Below are positions 8,259 through 15,930 of a stretch of DNA of 47,600 bases, piece after piece. This DNA is from an uncultured Jeotgalicoccus sp. (lineage in GTDB: Bacteria; Bacillota; Bacilli; Staphylococcales; Salinicoccaceae): assembly GCA_947631305.1 (NCBI GenBank), contig CANRKV010000001.1:1-47600 (forward strand). Direction: 5' to 3'. Each line of letters begins with the position of its first letter. The first letter of the stretch is position 1. Both the position numbers and the translations under genes were made by a program. The notes under the pieces are model-generated. The model did no database searches. It saw nothing but the letters and a program-made list of their open reading frames with translations, and was not told where the DNA came from.

Positions 8259-9611
8259 ATGAAAAAATACATAATGGCCATAATGCTTATTACAGCAATG
8301 GTTATACTTGGTGCATGCGGCAGTCCGGAAAATAAAGTCTTATCAAATATCGAAGATTTTGAAGAGGAAACGGCACCGGGATTAACGAACAGCATTCAGA
8401 GCATAATTGATTATGAAGCGGAAATGTCCGGGCTGTTTAATGAATCGCTGACGGATGAGGAACTGTCTGACTTTAAGGATGATCAGTCACCGCTGTATCA
8501 GAATTTAAATGAGCGGACTGAACTGGCAGAAGGACTGTCAAAAACACATGAAGAACTAAAGGACACAGCTGAAGCGTTTGAATCGGCTGACGTCAGCGGC
8601 AGCGAAACGCTGAATGAAGAAATGGTACAGAATTTATCTGCAGCTGCAGGGCAGCTGGCCGACGATGTTAAAAATGTCCAGTCGGGCTATGAAGAGGTCT
8701 TAAGTTCAGAAACTGCATTCTTTGAATCACTTAAGAGAGAAGAGGCTGATTACAATACACTGACTGACGGCATGGCCGAAGTAAATGGGATTCATGAAGA
8801 GGTAACTGCACATTACCAGTCAATCAATGAACAGCTTGCGGCATTTCAAAATTACAGTAATGAAGTAAAAACTGCTCTTGGTGAAGAAACTTCGGACAGT
8901 GAAAAAGCAGTGCAGACAGAGTCTGATTCATCTGGCGGCTCGACAGAAAACAGTGAAACTGAACCGCTGTATACAGTAGATGCTGCAACGTCGTCGATAG
9001 TACCTGCAGCAGATGATGCTGATTCTTCGGCTGTGCTCATTACGATAGACGATGCACCGGATGAGAATGCGGTTGCTATGGCCCATACATTAAAAGAACT
9101 TGATGCCCCTGCGATATTTTTCGTAAACGGTATGTTTATAGAATCAGAAGAGGGCAAAGATAAGCTGAGGGAAATTCACGAGCTCGGCTTTGAAATTGGC
9201 AATCATACTTACAATCACTTTAATATGCAGGAAATCACTCCAGAAGATACAGCCCTTGAAATTATCGATACAGGTGACTTGATTGAAGAAGCAATCGGAG
9301 AGCGCCCAAAATTTTTCAGAGCGCCGTTTGGCGTGAACAGTGAAGCGTCAATCAGAATAGCTGAAGAAGAAAATATGACCGTAATGAATTGGACATACGG
9401 CTTTGACTGGGAACCTGACTATCAGGAGCCGGGAGCACTCAGTGATATTATGGTTAATACTGAAATGCTTGGTGACGGCGCCAATCTGCTGATGCACGAC
9501 CGCTCGTGGACGAGTGAGGCATTACCGGATATCGTGAATGGTCTCCGGAATAAAGGTTATTCACTTATTGATCCTAAGCTCATCGATTCAGAAGGCGGGG
9601 TGACTGAATGA
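8259..9611 (+). CDS. Lipoprotein with helical N-terminal domain (YkyA-like) and C-terminal polysaccharide deacetylase (CE4/NodB)
   Basis: Lipobox LGAC; CE4 motifs TIDDAP, FFVNG, GNHTYNH, FRAPFG, LLMHD. Confidence 0.85.
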   Translation: MKKYIMAIMLITAMVILGACGSPENKVLSNIEDFEEETAPGLTNSIQSIIDYEAEMSGLFNESLTDEELSDFKDDQSPLYQNLNERTELAEGLSKTHEELKDTAEAFESADVSGSETLNEEMVQNLSAAAGQLADDVKNVQSGYEEVLSSETAFFESLKREEADYNTLTDGMAEVNGIHEEVTAHYQSINEQLAAFQNYSNEVKTALGEETSDSEKAVQTESDSSGGSTENSETEPLYTVDAATSSIVPAADDADSSAVLITIDDAPDENAVAMAHTLKELDAPAIFFVNGMFIESEEGKDKLREIHELGFEIGNHTYNHFNMQEITPEDTALEIIDTGDLIEEAIGERPKFFRAPFGVNSEASIRIAEEENMTVMNWTYGFDWEPDYQEPGALSDIMVNTEMLGDGANLLMHDRSWTSEALPDIVNGLRNKGYSLIDPKLIDSEGGVTE

Positions 9612-10891
9612 GTACGAGAAACTTTTTAATTTTGGTCGGTGGTATTCTGGCAGTGCTGTTTCTTCTTCTTGCATTGGCTGTAAGAGGTGAAATGAGCAGC
9701 GGAGAGCCTGATGTTGCAGAAGAAAGCCCGGAAGAAGAACCTGCTGAAGAACAGGATAATACAGAAGAAACTGAAACAACGCCGTCAGCACTGAACTTGA
9801 ACGATGGTCCTCTGTACGAGGTTAACGACGATACCACGCCTGTATTTCAGCATCAGTCCGGTGTTGATATTGCCTATCCGGAAGAAGGCGTAAAAGGTAT
9901 TTTTGTTACTGCATTTTCCGCAGGCGGGGAAAGAATGCAGGAGTTGACGGAGCTTGTTAATAATACGGAATTAAACTCAATGGTCATCGACGTTAAAGAA
10001 GATATCGGGGACATTATGATGCCGCTTGATGTCGATAATGAAATTGCACAGAGTCATATGTATGATTACGTTAATCCGGAAAAACTGATGACAACGCTTG
10101 AAGAAAATCAGATTTATCCAATCGCACGTATCGTTGTTTTTAAAGATTCGAGGCTGGCAATGGAACGTCCGGATTTATCGTATCAGAACAGCGACGGGAC
10201 CGTTTGGCAAAATGGGGGCGGTGAAAGTTTCGTCAATCCGTTTCTTAAAGAAGTTTGGGATTACAACGTTGATATCGCAATTGAAGCGGCTAAGCTCGGA
10301 TTTAAAGAAATCCAGTTTGACTACGTGAGATTCCCGGAATCATTCGAAACGATGTCTGGTGATCTGACTTACGATCTTGGTGAATATGGAGATACAAAAG
10401 CCGATGAAGTTCAGCAGAGAGTCAATGCAGTAACGGATTTTGTCGCCTATGCAAATGAACAGTTAAAACCTTATGATGTTGACGTTTCAGTAGATGTTTT
10501 CGGCTACGCGGCAACGCAGCGGGAAGCACCTGGAATTGGCCAGAATTTTTCGCAGATCGCAGATAATGTCGATATCATATCATCGATGATATATCCATCG
10601 CACTGGGGTGCAGGAGCATTTGACTTTGCAGCGCCGGATACTGAACCGTATGCGGTCATTGATGAGTATATGAAAGTCGAAAATGAAGTACTCGGAGAGC
10701 TTGAAAATCCGCCGAAATCAAGACCGTGGATTCAGGACTTTACCGCCTCATATTTAGGGCCAGGTAATTATATAAATTACGGTGCGGCGGAAGTAGAAGC
10801 ACAGATTCAGGCATTAAAAGATAATGGTGTTGAGGAATATTTACTGTGGAATGCCCAAAATACGTATTCTGAAGGCACTCAATATCAATAA
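9608..10891 (+). CDS. Membrane-anchored putative glycoside hydrolase (DUF4015 family)
   Basis: N-terminal TM, acidic linker, motifs VIDVKED, IARIVVFKD, EIQFDYVRFP, MIYPSHW, RPWIQDF; ATGA overlap with the deacetylase. Confidence 0.82.
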   Translation: MSTRNFLILVGGILAVLFLLLALAVRGEMSSGEPDVAEESPEEEPAEEQDNTEETETTPSALNLNDGPLYEVNDDTTPVFQHQSGVDIAYPEEGVKGIFVTAFSAGGERMQELTELVNNTELNSMVIDVKEDIGDIMMPLDVDNEIAQSHMYDYVNPEKLMTTLEENQIYPIARIVVFKDSRLAMERPDLSYQNSDGTVWQNGGGESFVNPFLKEVWDYNVDIAIEAAKLGFKEIQFDYVRFPESFETMSGDLTYDLGEYGDTKADEVQQRVNAVTDFVAYANEQLKPYDVDVSVDVFGYAATQREAPGIGQNFSQIADNVDIISSMIYPSHWGAGAFDFAAPDTEPYAVIDEYMKVENEVLGELENPPKSRPWIQDFTASYLGPGNYINYGAAEVEAQIQALKDNGVEEYLLWNAQNTYSEGTQYQ

Positions 10892-10901
10892 ATTTCATTA
10901 G

Positions 10902-10940
10902 AATCCCATGTCAGAAAACCTAGTACTGACATGGGATTTC
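10902..10940 (+). terminator. Hairpin/terminator after the glycoside hydrolase
   Basis: Perfect 13-bp stem AATCCCATGTCAG / CTGACATGGGATT; short T-tract. Confidence 0.7.
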
Positions 10941-11093
10941 GTCTATATTTAACAGTTGCATTTTTGTGCAGAATTTCAAAAATATTATGCATTTTGAAAT
11001 AAAGTTTCATCATTGAATGACTAGTATACTTTCATTTTAATTGTGAATATACATATTATGTCGACTATAAAGTGTAATAATATACATGGGTGC

Positions 11094-11122
11094 TTGATTT
11101 CTTAACTTAAACAGTGTATAGT
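11094..11122 (+). promoter_or_regulatory. Putative sigmaA promoter for the NCS1 permease
   Basis: TTGATT-17nt-TATAGT. Confidence 0.5.
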
Positions 11123-11170
11123 GTAAAAGTCGTCTTAATACAAAATTTCATAAGATTGGAGAGGATATTT

Positions 11171-12592
11171 ATGAGTTCTGTAGACACAGAAGGTCAACAG
11201 ATTGAATCAGGCGAAAGCGATCACTCATTATCAAAAGTCCCATATAACGAACGTAAAATGGGCTGGCTCAGTATTACCAACATCACATTTGGTATTGCTA
11301 CAGCAATTTTCTACTTTCAGATCGGCAGTGTTATGGCGCTGCAATTCGGTGCAATTAATGCCTTGATATCAGCGGCATACGCAATCATCGTTGCAGGTGT
11401 GCTAGGAACAGTTATCGTTTACTTATCAGCAAGATCGGGAATGAATGTTAACCTGATGTCGCGTGGTGGAGGTTTCGGTTACATAGGTGCGTCCTTGACG
11501 TCTTTAATATATGCTTCTAACTTTATTATGTATTGTGCACTTGAAGGTATGATCCTCGTATATGCAGTACATGAATTCTTCCCTGCTATTCCTGTATGGC
11601 TCCTTATAGTCGTATTTGGAACACTTGTTATTCCACTTAACTGGTTTGGAATTAAACAGCTTGATAAATTACAAAAATGGTCATTACCAATTTTCTTTAT
11701 ATTTTTAGTTGCAGCAATCGTTGTGGCATTTATGACGCCATCACAATACGACGGCGCATTCTGGACTTATATGCCGGAAGGAGTGCAAATCGGTGGAACA
11801 GCACTGTTACTTTGTATCGGTATGCAGCACGGTATTATCGGGCTGACTGCTCTCATTGCATCAGACTATGCACGTTTCTTAAAACCCGGGCACATTAAAG
11901 TTGGATCATTTGCGATTGGATTTATTCCGCAAATATTTGCTTACGGTGTCATGGGCGGACTAGGTATATGGTTTGGTGTACGTTTAAACGAACCGAACCC
12001 GGGTGTTTATATCGTTCACCTGTTAGGTATCGGCGGTGCATTATTTACAATGCTGACGCAGGTTCGTATTAACGTAACTAACATTTACAGCAGTTCTTTA
12101 TCGTTATCGAACTTCTTTGAGAATGTAGTCAATTTTAAACCGGGACGCAGATTCTGGGTTGTCGTTGCAGGTATCTCAGCAATGATATTAATGCTCGGCG
12201 GAATTACAGATCATTTAGACAATGCTCTTACATTCCAAGGCGTATTCCTAATGTCATGGGCAGCGATTTTAGTTACTGACTTCCTTGTAGTCAAACGAAT
12301 CATGAAAATTGGACCGGGATACTATGAAGAACGCCAGAAGTATTTATACAAATGGAATCCGGTTGGTGTCTGGTCACTGATTATTTCAAGTCTGCTCGGA
12401 ACCATTGCAGCACTTGGTTTCATGGGAACATTTTTACAAAGTACTGCGGCATTCTTTGCAGCAGCACTGGCAGCAGTGCTCACAATCGTTATTGCTTATA
12501 TCACTAAAGGTAAGTACTACCTGAACGATAAAGCTGAAGAAATCAATGATATTGATGAAAGAGATATTCTTGTGAAAGCAAAAGCGAAATAA
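11171..12592 (+). CDS. Purine-cytosine permease family (NCS1) transporter
   Basis: About 12 TM; N-terminal SLSKVP..ERKM, GFGYIGA, DYARF, NVTNIYSSSL, WNPVG; RBS GGAGAGG before the ATG at 11171. Confidence 0.8.
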   Translation: MSSVDTEGQQIESGESDHSLSKVPYNERKMGWLSITNITFGIATAIFYFQIGSVMALQFGAINALISAAYAIIVAGVLGTVIVYLSARSGMNVNLMSRGGGFGYIGASLTSLIYASNFIMYCALEGMILVYAVHEFFPAIPVWLLIVVFGTLVIPLNWFGIKQLDKLQKWSLPIFFIFLVAAIVVAFMTPSQYDGAFWTYMPEGVQIGGTALLLCIGMQHGIIGLTALIASDYARFLKPGHIKVGSFAIGFIPQIFAYGVMGGLGIWFGVRLNEPNPGVYIVHLLGIGGALFTMLTQVRINVTNIYSSSLSLSNFFENVVNFKPGRRFWVVVAGISAMILMLGGITDHLDNALTFQGVFLMSWAAILVTDFLVVKRIMKIGPGYYEERQKYLYKWNPVGVWSLIISSLLGTIAALGFMGTFLQSTAAFFAAALAAVLTIVIAYITKGKYYLNDKAEEINDIDERDILVKAKAK

Positions 12593-12607
12593 TTTAATAG
12601 TTTGATG

Positions 12608-12640
12608 AAAGGACTGGGACAATTTTGTCTCAGTCCTTTT
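12608..12640 (+). terminator. Rho-independent terminator
   Basis: AAAGGACTGGGACAA-TT-TTGTCTCAGTCCTTT-T. Confidence 0.8.
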
Positions 12641-12665
12641 GTTTTGATTAAACGGGGCGGGGTAT
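12641..12665 (+). promoter_or_regulatory. Putative sigmaB promoter
   Basis: GTTTTG-N13-GGGTAT upstream of the DUF421 gene. Confidence 0.55.
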
Positions 12666-12721
12666 TTCTATTAGTATATGAATTTTTTTCAGTTAATACT
12701 TAATAGAGGTGAGGGAACTCA

Positions 12722-13405
12722 ATGGAAGATATGATGATGTATGCACTGAAATTAACAGTAGGGTTAATCGGTGTCATGATTGTTCTGAGATTAATGGGAA
12801 AAAAAGAACTTGCTCAAATTACCCCGCTTGATTTTGTGTACGCATTAATACTTGGAGGAATTATTGAAGAAGCGCTTTATGATGCGACAATTCCCGTCTA
12901 TGAAATGGTATTCTCTTTATTCTTTTGGGCACTGTTAATATTCGTACTTGAGAAATTCGCATTGAAAAACCGTAAATTCAAAAGTCTGGCACAGGGTAAT
13001 CCTGTAATACTCATTAATGACGGGCAGCTGAATTCAGAAGTGATGGAAAAAAATAATATGGATGTTGATGAAGTCCGCATGCTGCTGAGGTTGAAAGATG
13101 TATTTTCTTTAAGCAAAGTTAAATATGCAATACTTGAGGAAAGCGGCGGCTTATCTGTTATGCAGTATGCAGGAGAAGAACCGCCGACTCGTAATGAATT
13201 AAAAACTGACTATCCCGAGAATGTGATATCTTATCTGCTGGTCGATGCAGGCAAGGTGGAAGATCAAAGACTTGCAGAGATTGGGAAAGATGAAACATGG
13301 CTCCGTGAGAAGCTGAAAGAAGAAAGAGGAGTCGAGCTGGAAGATGTATTTTTCGCAGAGTGGGATGAACAAAAAGGATTCTTTGTACAGGAACACGAGA
13401 AATAA
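12722..13405 (+). CDS. DUF421 (YetF/YkjA) membrane protein
   Basis: RLMGKKELAQITPLDFV, GNPVILINDG, AILEESGGLSV. Confidence 0.88.
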   Translation: MEDMMMYALKLTVGLIGVMIVLRLMGKKELAQITPLDFVYALILGGIIEEALYDATIPVYEMVFSLFFWALLIFVLEKFALKNRKFKSLAQGNPVILINDGQLNSEVMEKNNMDVDEVRMLLRLKDVFSLSKVKYAILEESGGLSVMQYAGEEPPTRNELKTDYPENVISYLLVDAGKVEDQRLAEIGKDETWLREKLKEERGVELEDVFFAEWDEQKGFFVQEHEK

Positions 13406-13408
13406 ATG

Positions 13409-13443
13409 AAACCGTCGGGAATACTTAATTCCTGACGGTTTTT
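13409..13443. terminator. Terminator between the convergent DUF421 and DAACS genes
   Basis: AAACCGTCGGGAAT...ATTCCTGACGGTTTTT. Confidence 0.8.
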
Positions 13444-13534
13444 GTATGCAGATATTTGATTCATTGACCGGGTAGAGCGTTTACTCAGCCAGAGAGTATG
13501 GTTCATTGTCCAAGTAAAGAACTACCCAAAGTAA

Positions 13535-14767
13535 CTATGCTTCTGCGGGAGAACTGTTTTTCTTATCACGGCGTTTTTCTGATTCATCAATTAATACTGC
13601 CGCAGTAGCATCACCTGTAATATTCATCGTTGTGTACGCCATATCAAGTATTCTGTAAATCGCGGCGATTGGACCCATAAGTTCAATTGGAAGTCCAAGC
13701 AGTGTAAGGAATGAAGCGCCGAGCACTATACCGCCGCCGGGAATGCCGGGTGCTGCCATATTAATTACTGTTGCAATAACGACGAGGTAAATAATTTGCC
13801 CCACGCCGAGCGGAATATTGTAAAAGTCTGATACGAACACAGCGAGCAGACTAAATGAAACAGCGCCGCCTGCCATATTTATTGTTGTACCGAGTGGAAC
13901 GACGAAATTAGTAATTGACTCGCTGACTTTAAAATCATTCTTCGTGACTCTGATAGTTGTCGGCATTGTAACGGCAGAGCTGGTCGTTGCCAGTGATACA
14001 AGCCAGACTTTATAAATACCTTTTAAGAATTGAACAGGAGTCATTCCCGTATAAATCCAAACTGGAATCAGCATCACTATGATAAATGCGATAATACATG
14101 CGGCATAGGCAGTAACGATGTAAAGACCGAGTGCTGAGAATATACCTGCGCCGTATTCTGCAATGGCAAATGCCATTAGCGAAATGATGCCAATTGGTGT
14201 CAGTTCCATAATATAATTCAGCACTTTAAATATTACTGTTGAGAGACTGTTAATGAAATTTTTAACAGGTTCTGCTTCTTTACCAACTGCAACAATAGCT
14301 ATGGAAAAAACAACGGTAAAAATAATTGTTGCAAGTATGTCTCCTTCAGTCAGTGCCATAAACAAATTGTCAGGAATAATATTCATAAAGAAATCTTCTA
14401 CAGACGGCGAAGTAACCTCTCCGTCATATCCTGCAGAATCGATATTAATATGATTCCCGGGTCTGACGAGATATGAAATTAATAAACCGATACCGGCAGT
14501 TGCGATGAACATTAGAGCAAATACTGAAACACTTTTAAAACCGATGCGGCCAAGATCCTTACCGCTCCCGATATTAATAATCCCGGTGGATACCGCGACG
14601 AATATAATAGGTATTATCATTGCCTGAATAATATTCAGGTAAATATCCCCGATAAATTTTATCTGAATAGAGAATTCAGGAAGAAATATACCGAGCAGAA
14701 TACCAAGAGCAAAACCAATCGCAATTCTCGTAAACAAATGATTCTTACCTGTCAGTATGTTTTTCAT
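13535..14767 (-). CDS. Dicarboxylate/amino acid:cation symporter (DAACS/SDF family)
   Basis: TTSSAVTMP (serine-rich motif), PLGTTINMAG, APGIPGG, TTMNITGD; overlaps the 3' end of pheA. Confidence 0.9.
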   Translation of the reverse strand: MKNILTGKNHLFTRIAIGFALGILLGIFLPEFSIQIKFIGDIYLNIIQAMIIPIIFVAVSTGIINIGSGKDLGRIGFKSVSVFALMFIATAGIGLLISYLVRPGNHINIDSAGYDGEVTSPSVEDFFMNIIPDNLFMALTEGDILATIIFTVVFSIAIVAVGKEAEPVKNFINSLSTVIFKVLNYIMELTPIGIISLMAFAIAEYGAGIFSALGLYIVTAYAACIIAFIIVMLIPVWIYTGMTPVQFLKGIYKVWLVSLATTSSAVTMPTTIRVTKNDFKVSESITNFVVPLGTTINMAGGAVSFSLLAVFVSDFYNIPLGVGQIIYLVVIATVINMAAPGIPGGGIVLGASFLTLLGLPIELMGPIAAIYRILDMAYTTMNITGDATAAVLIDESEKRRDKKNSSPAEA

Positions 14768-15611
14768 TTTGAATCACTCCCTCATATTCAGGAATTTGGC
14801 CTTTAGCGTAGCTTCCGAGTATATTAATGTATGATGTTTCTTTTGTGAGCACAGCTACTGCTGCTTCGAAATTTTGCATATCCACATCATTTTCTATATC
14901 GATAAAGAACCCGTAAGAGAATGGTTTGTTCTGTATCGGACGGCTCATCAAATAGAGCAGGTTGATGTTATATGTTTTAAATATATCGAGAATATCGCTT
15001 AATGAACCGGTGCTGTGATCGGATTCGATATACAATGATGTTTTTTCATGAAGCACTTTCTCACTCAGTTCTTTCGTAAAGATTAAGAAGCGTGTCGTAT
15101 TGAGCGGGTTATCGCTGATGTTCTCACGGATAATGTGCATGCCGTACATTTCAGCTGCATGGCTGCCCGCGATGCTTGCGATTGTTTCGTCTTCTGATTC
15201 TTTTACCATATGTACGGCACCGGCAGTATCGCTGAATTCCTTAACTTCAATATTCGGGTACCGGCTTAAATACGTGTAGCATTGTTCAAGTGCTTCCGGA
15301 TGCGAGTATACTTCTGTGACTTTATCGAGCGGAATCGGGTTTTTGGAAATTAATGCATGGTCTATTTTTACATATACTTCCTTAACGGCTTTGACATCTA
15401 AATATTTCATCAGATCAATTGTTCTTGTAATCGGTCCGCTTGTCGAGTTTTCAACCGGCAGTGCGATGTAGTCCACTTCGTCATTAAGCAGTGCTTCAAC
15501 AAGCAGTTTAAACGTCATATAACCCTCAGTCGTATATTCTTCATTCCCGGCGTATGCCGCGCATGCAAGCGTGCTGTAACTGCCTTCTACTCCCTGATAA
15601 CCAATTTTCAT
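14745..15611 (-). CDS. pheA: Prephenate dehydratase
   Basis: GYQGVEGSYS, LPVENSTSG, YSHPEALEQC, NTTRF, and an ACT domain with SRP; RBS AAGGAG 8 nt before the ATG at 15611. Confidence 0.92.
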   Translation of the reverse strand: MKIGYQGVEGSYSTLACAAYAGNEEYTTEGYMTFKLLVEALLNDEVDYIALPVENSTSGPITRTIDLMKYLDVKAVKEVYVKIDHALISKNPIPLDKVTEVYSHPEALEQCYTYLSRYPNIEVKEFSDTAGAVHMVKESEDETIASIAGSHAAEMYGMHIIRENISDNPLNTTRFLIFTKELSEKVLHEKTSLYIESDHSTGSLSDILDIFKTYNINLLYLMSRPIQNKPFSYGFFIDIENDVDMQNFEAAVAVLTKETSYINILGSYAKGQIPEYEGVIQNEKHTDR

Positions 15612-15636
15612 TTGAAACACTCCTTATTTTTAGTAG

Positions 15637-15817
15637 AAAAAAGACCGAATTGAATTCTGTGAACAGAAATCCAACCGGCCTGGTGAAAGTACATATAAAA
15701 ATACCAGCCAATTAGATTTTGCTAATGGCTGGTTACTGCATCATTAATTCAGCCATCATAGATTTAGGTCCCGCCTATATCCACGATGGAATACAGACGC
15801 TATCTAAAATAGCTGAA
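15637..15817 (-). promoter_or_regulatory. Ribosome-mediated transcription attenuator of pheA-DAACS (two terminator hairpins)
   Basis: Mutually exclusive pairings: seg1 15817-15803, seg2 15762-15748, seg3 15733-15722, seg4 15715-15703 plus U-tract. A second terminator lies at 15681-15637. Confidence 0.8.
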
Positions 15818-15859
15818 AAAGAATTTATTTAATTGTGATGTTTTTGTCTTGGATAACAT
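15800..15859 (-). CDS. Phe-rich leader peptide MLSKTKTSQLNKFFFSYFR (19 aa)
   Basis: ATG at 15859 preceded by GAGAGTGA; TTC TTT TTC AGC TAT TTT AGA before TAG; lies between the promoter and the pheA terminators. Confidence 0.8.
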   Translation of the reverse strand: MLSKTKTSQLNKFFFSYFR

Positions 15860-15900
15860 AAAAATCACTCTCATCAATTAAATTTTTAATAATGTTAATT

Positions 15901-15929
15901 AGTCTAACAATTAAGAATACTTTTGTCAA
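15901..15929 (-). promoter_or_regulatory. sigmaA promoter of the leader-pheA-DAACS operon
   Basis: TTGACA-17nt-TAGACT with extended -10 TG. Confidence 0.75.
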
Positions 15930-15930
15930 T

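Noticed and set aside
15760-15785. T-box riboswitch upstream of pheA (AGGCGGGACC resembles the T-box GGTGGNACC)
   Set aside because: It lacks the invariant UGGN bulge and I see no stem I with AG/GNUG boxes. The leader peptide and alternative pairings explain the region better.
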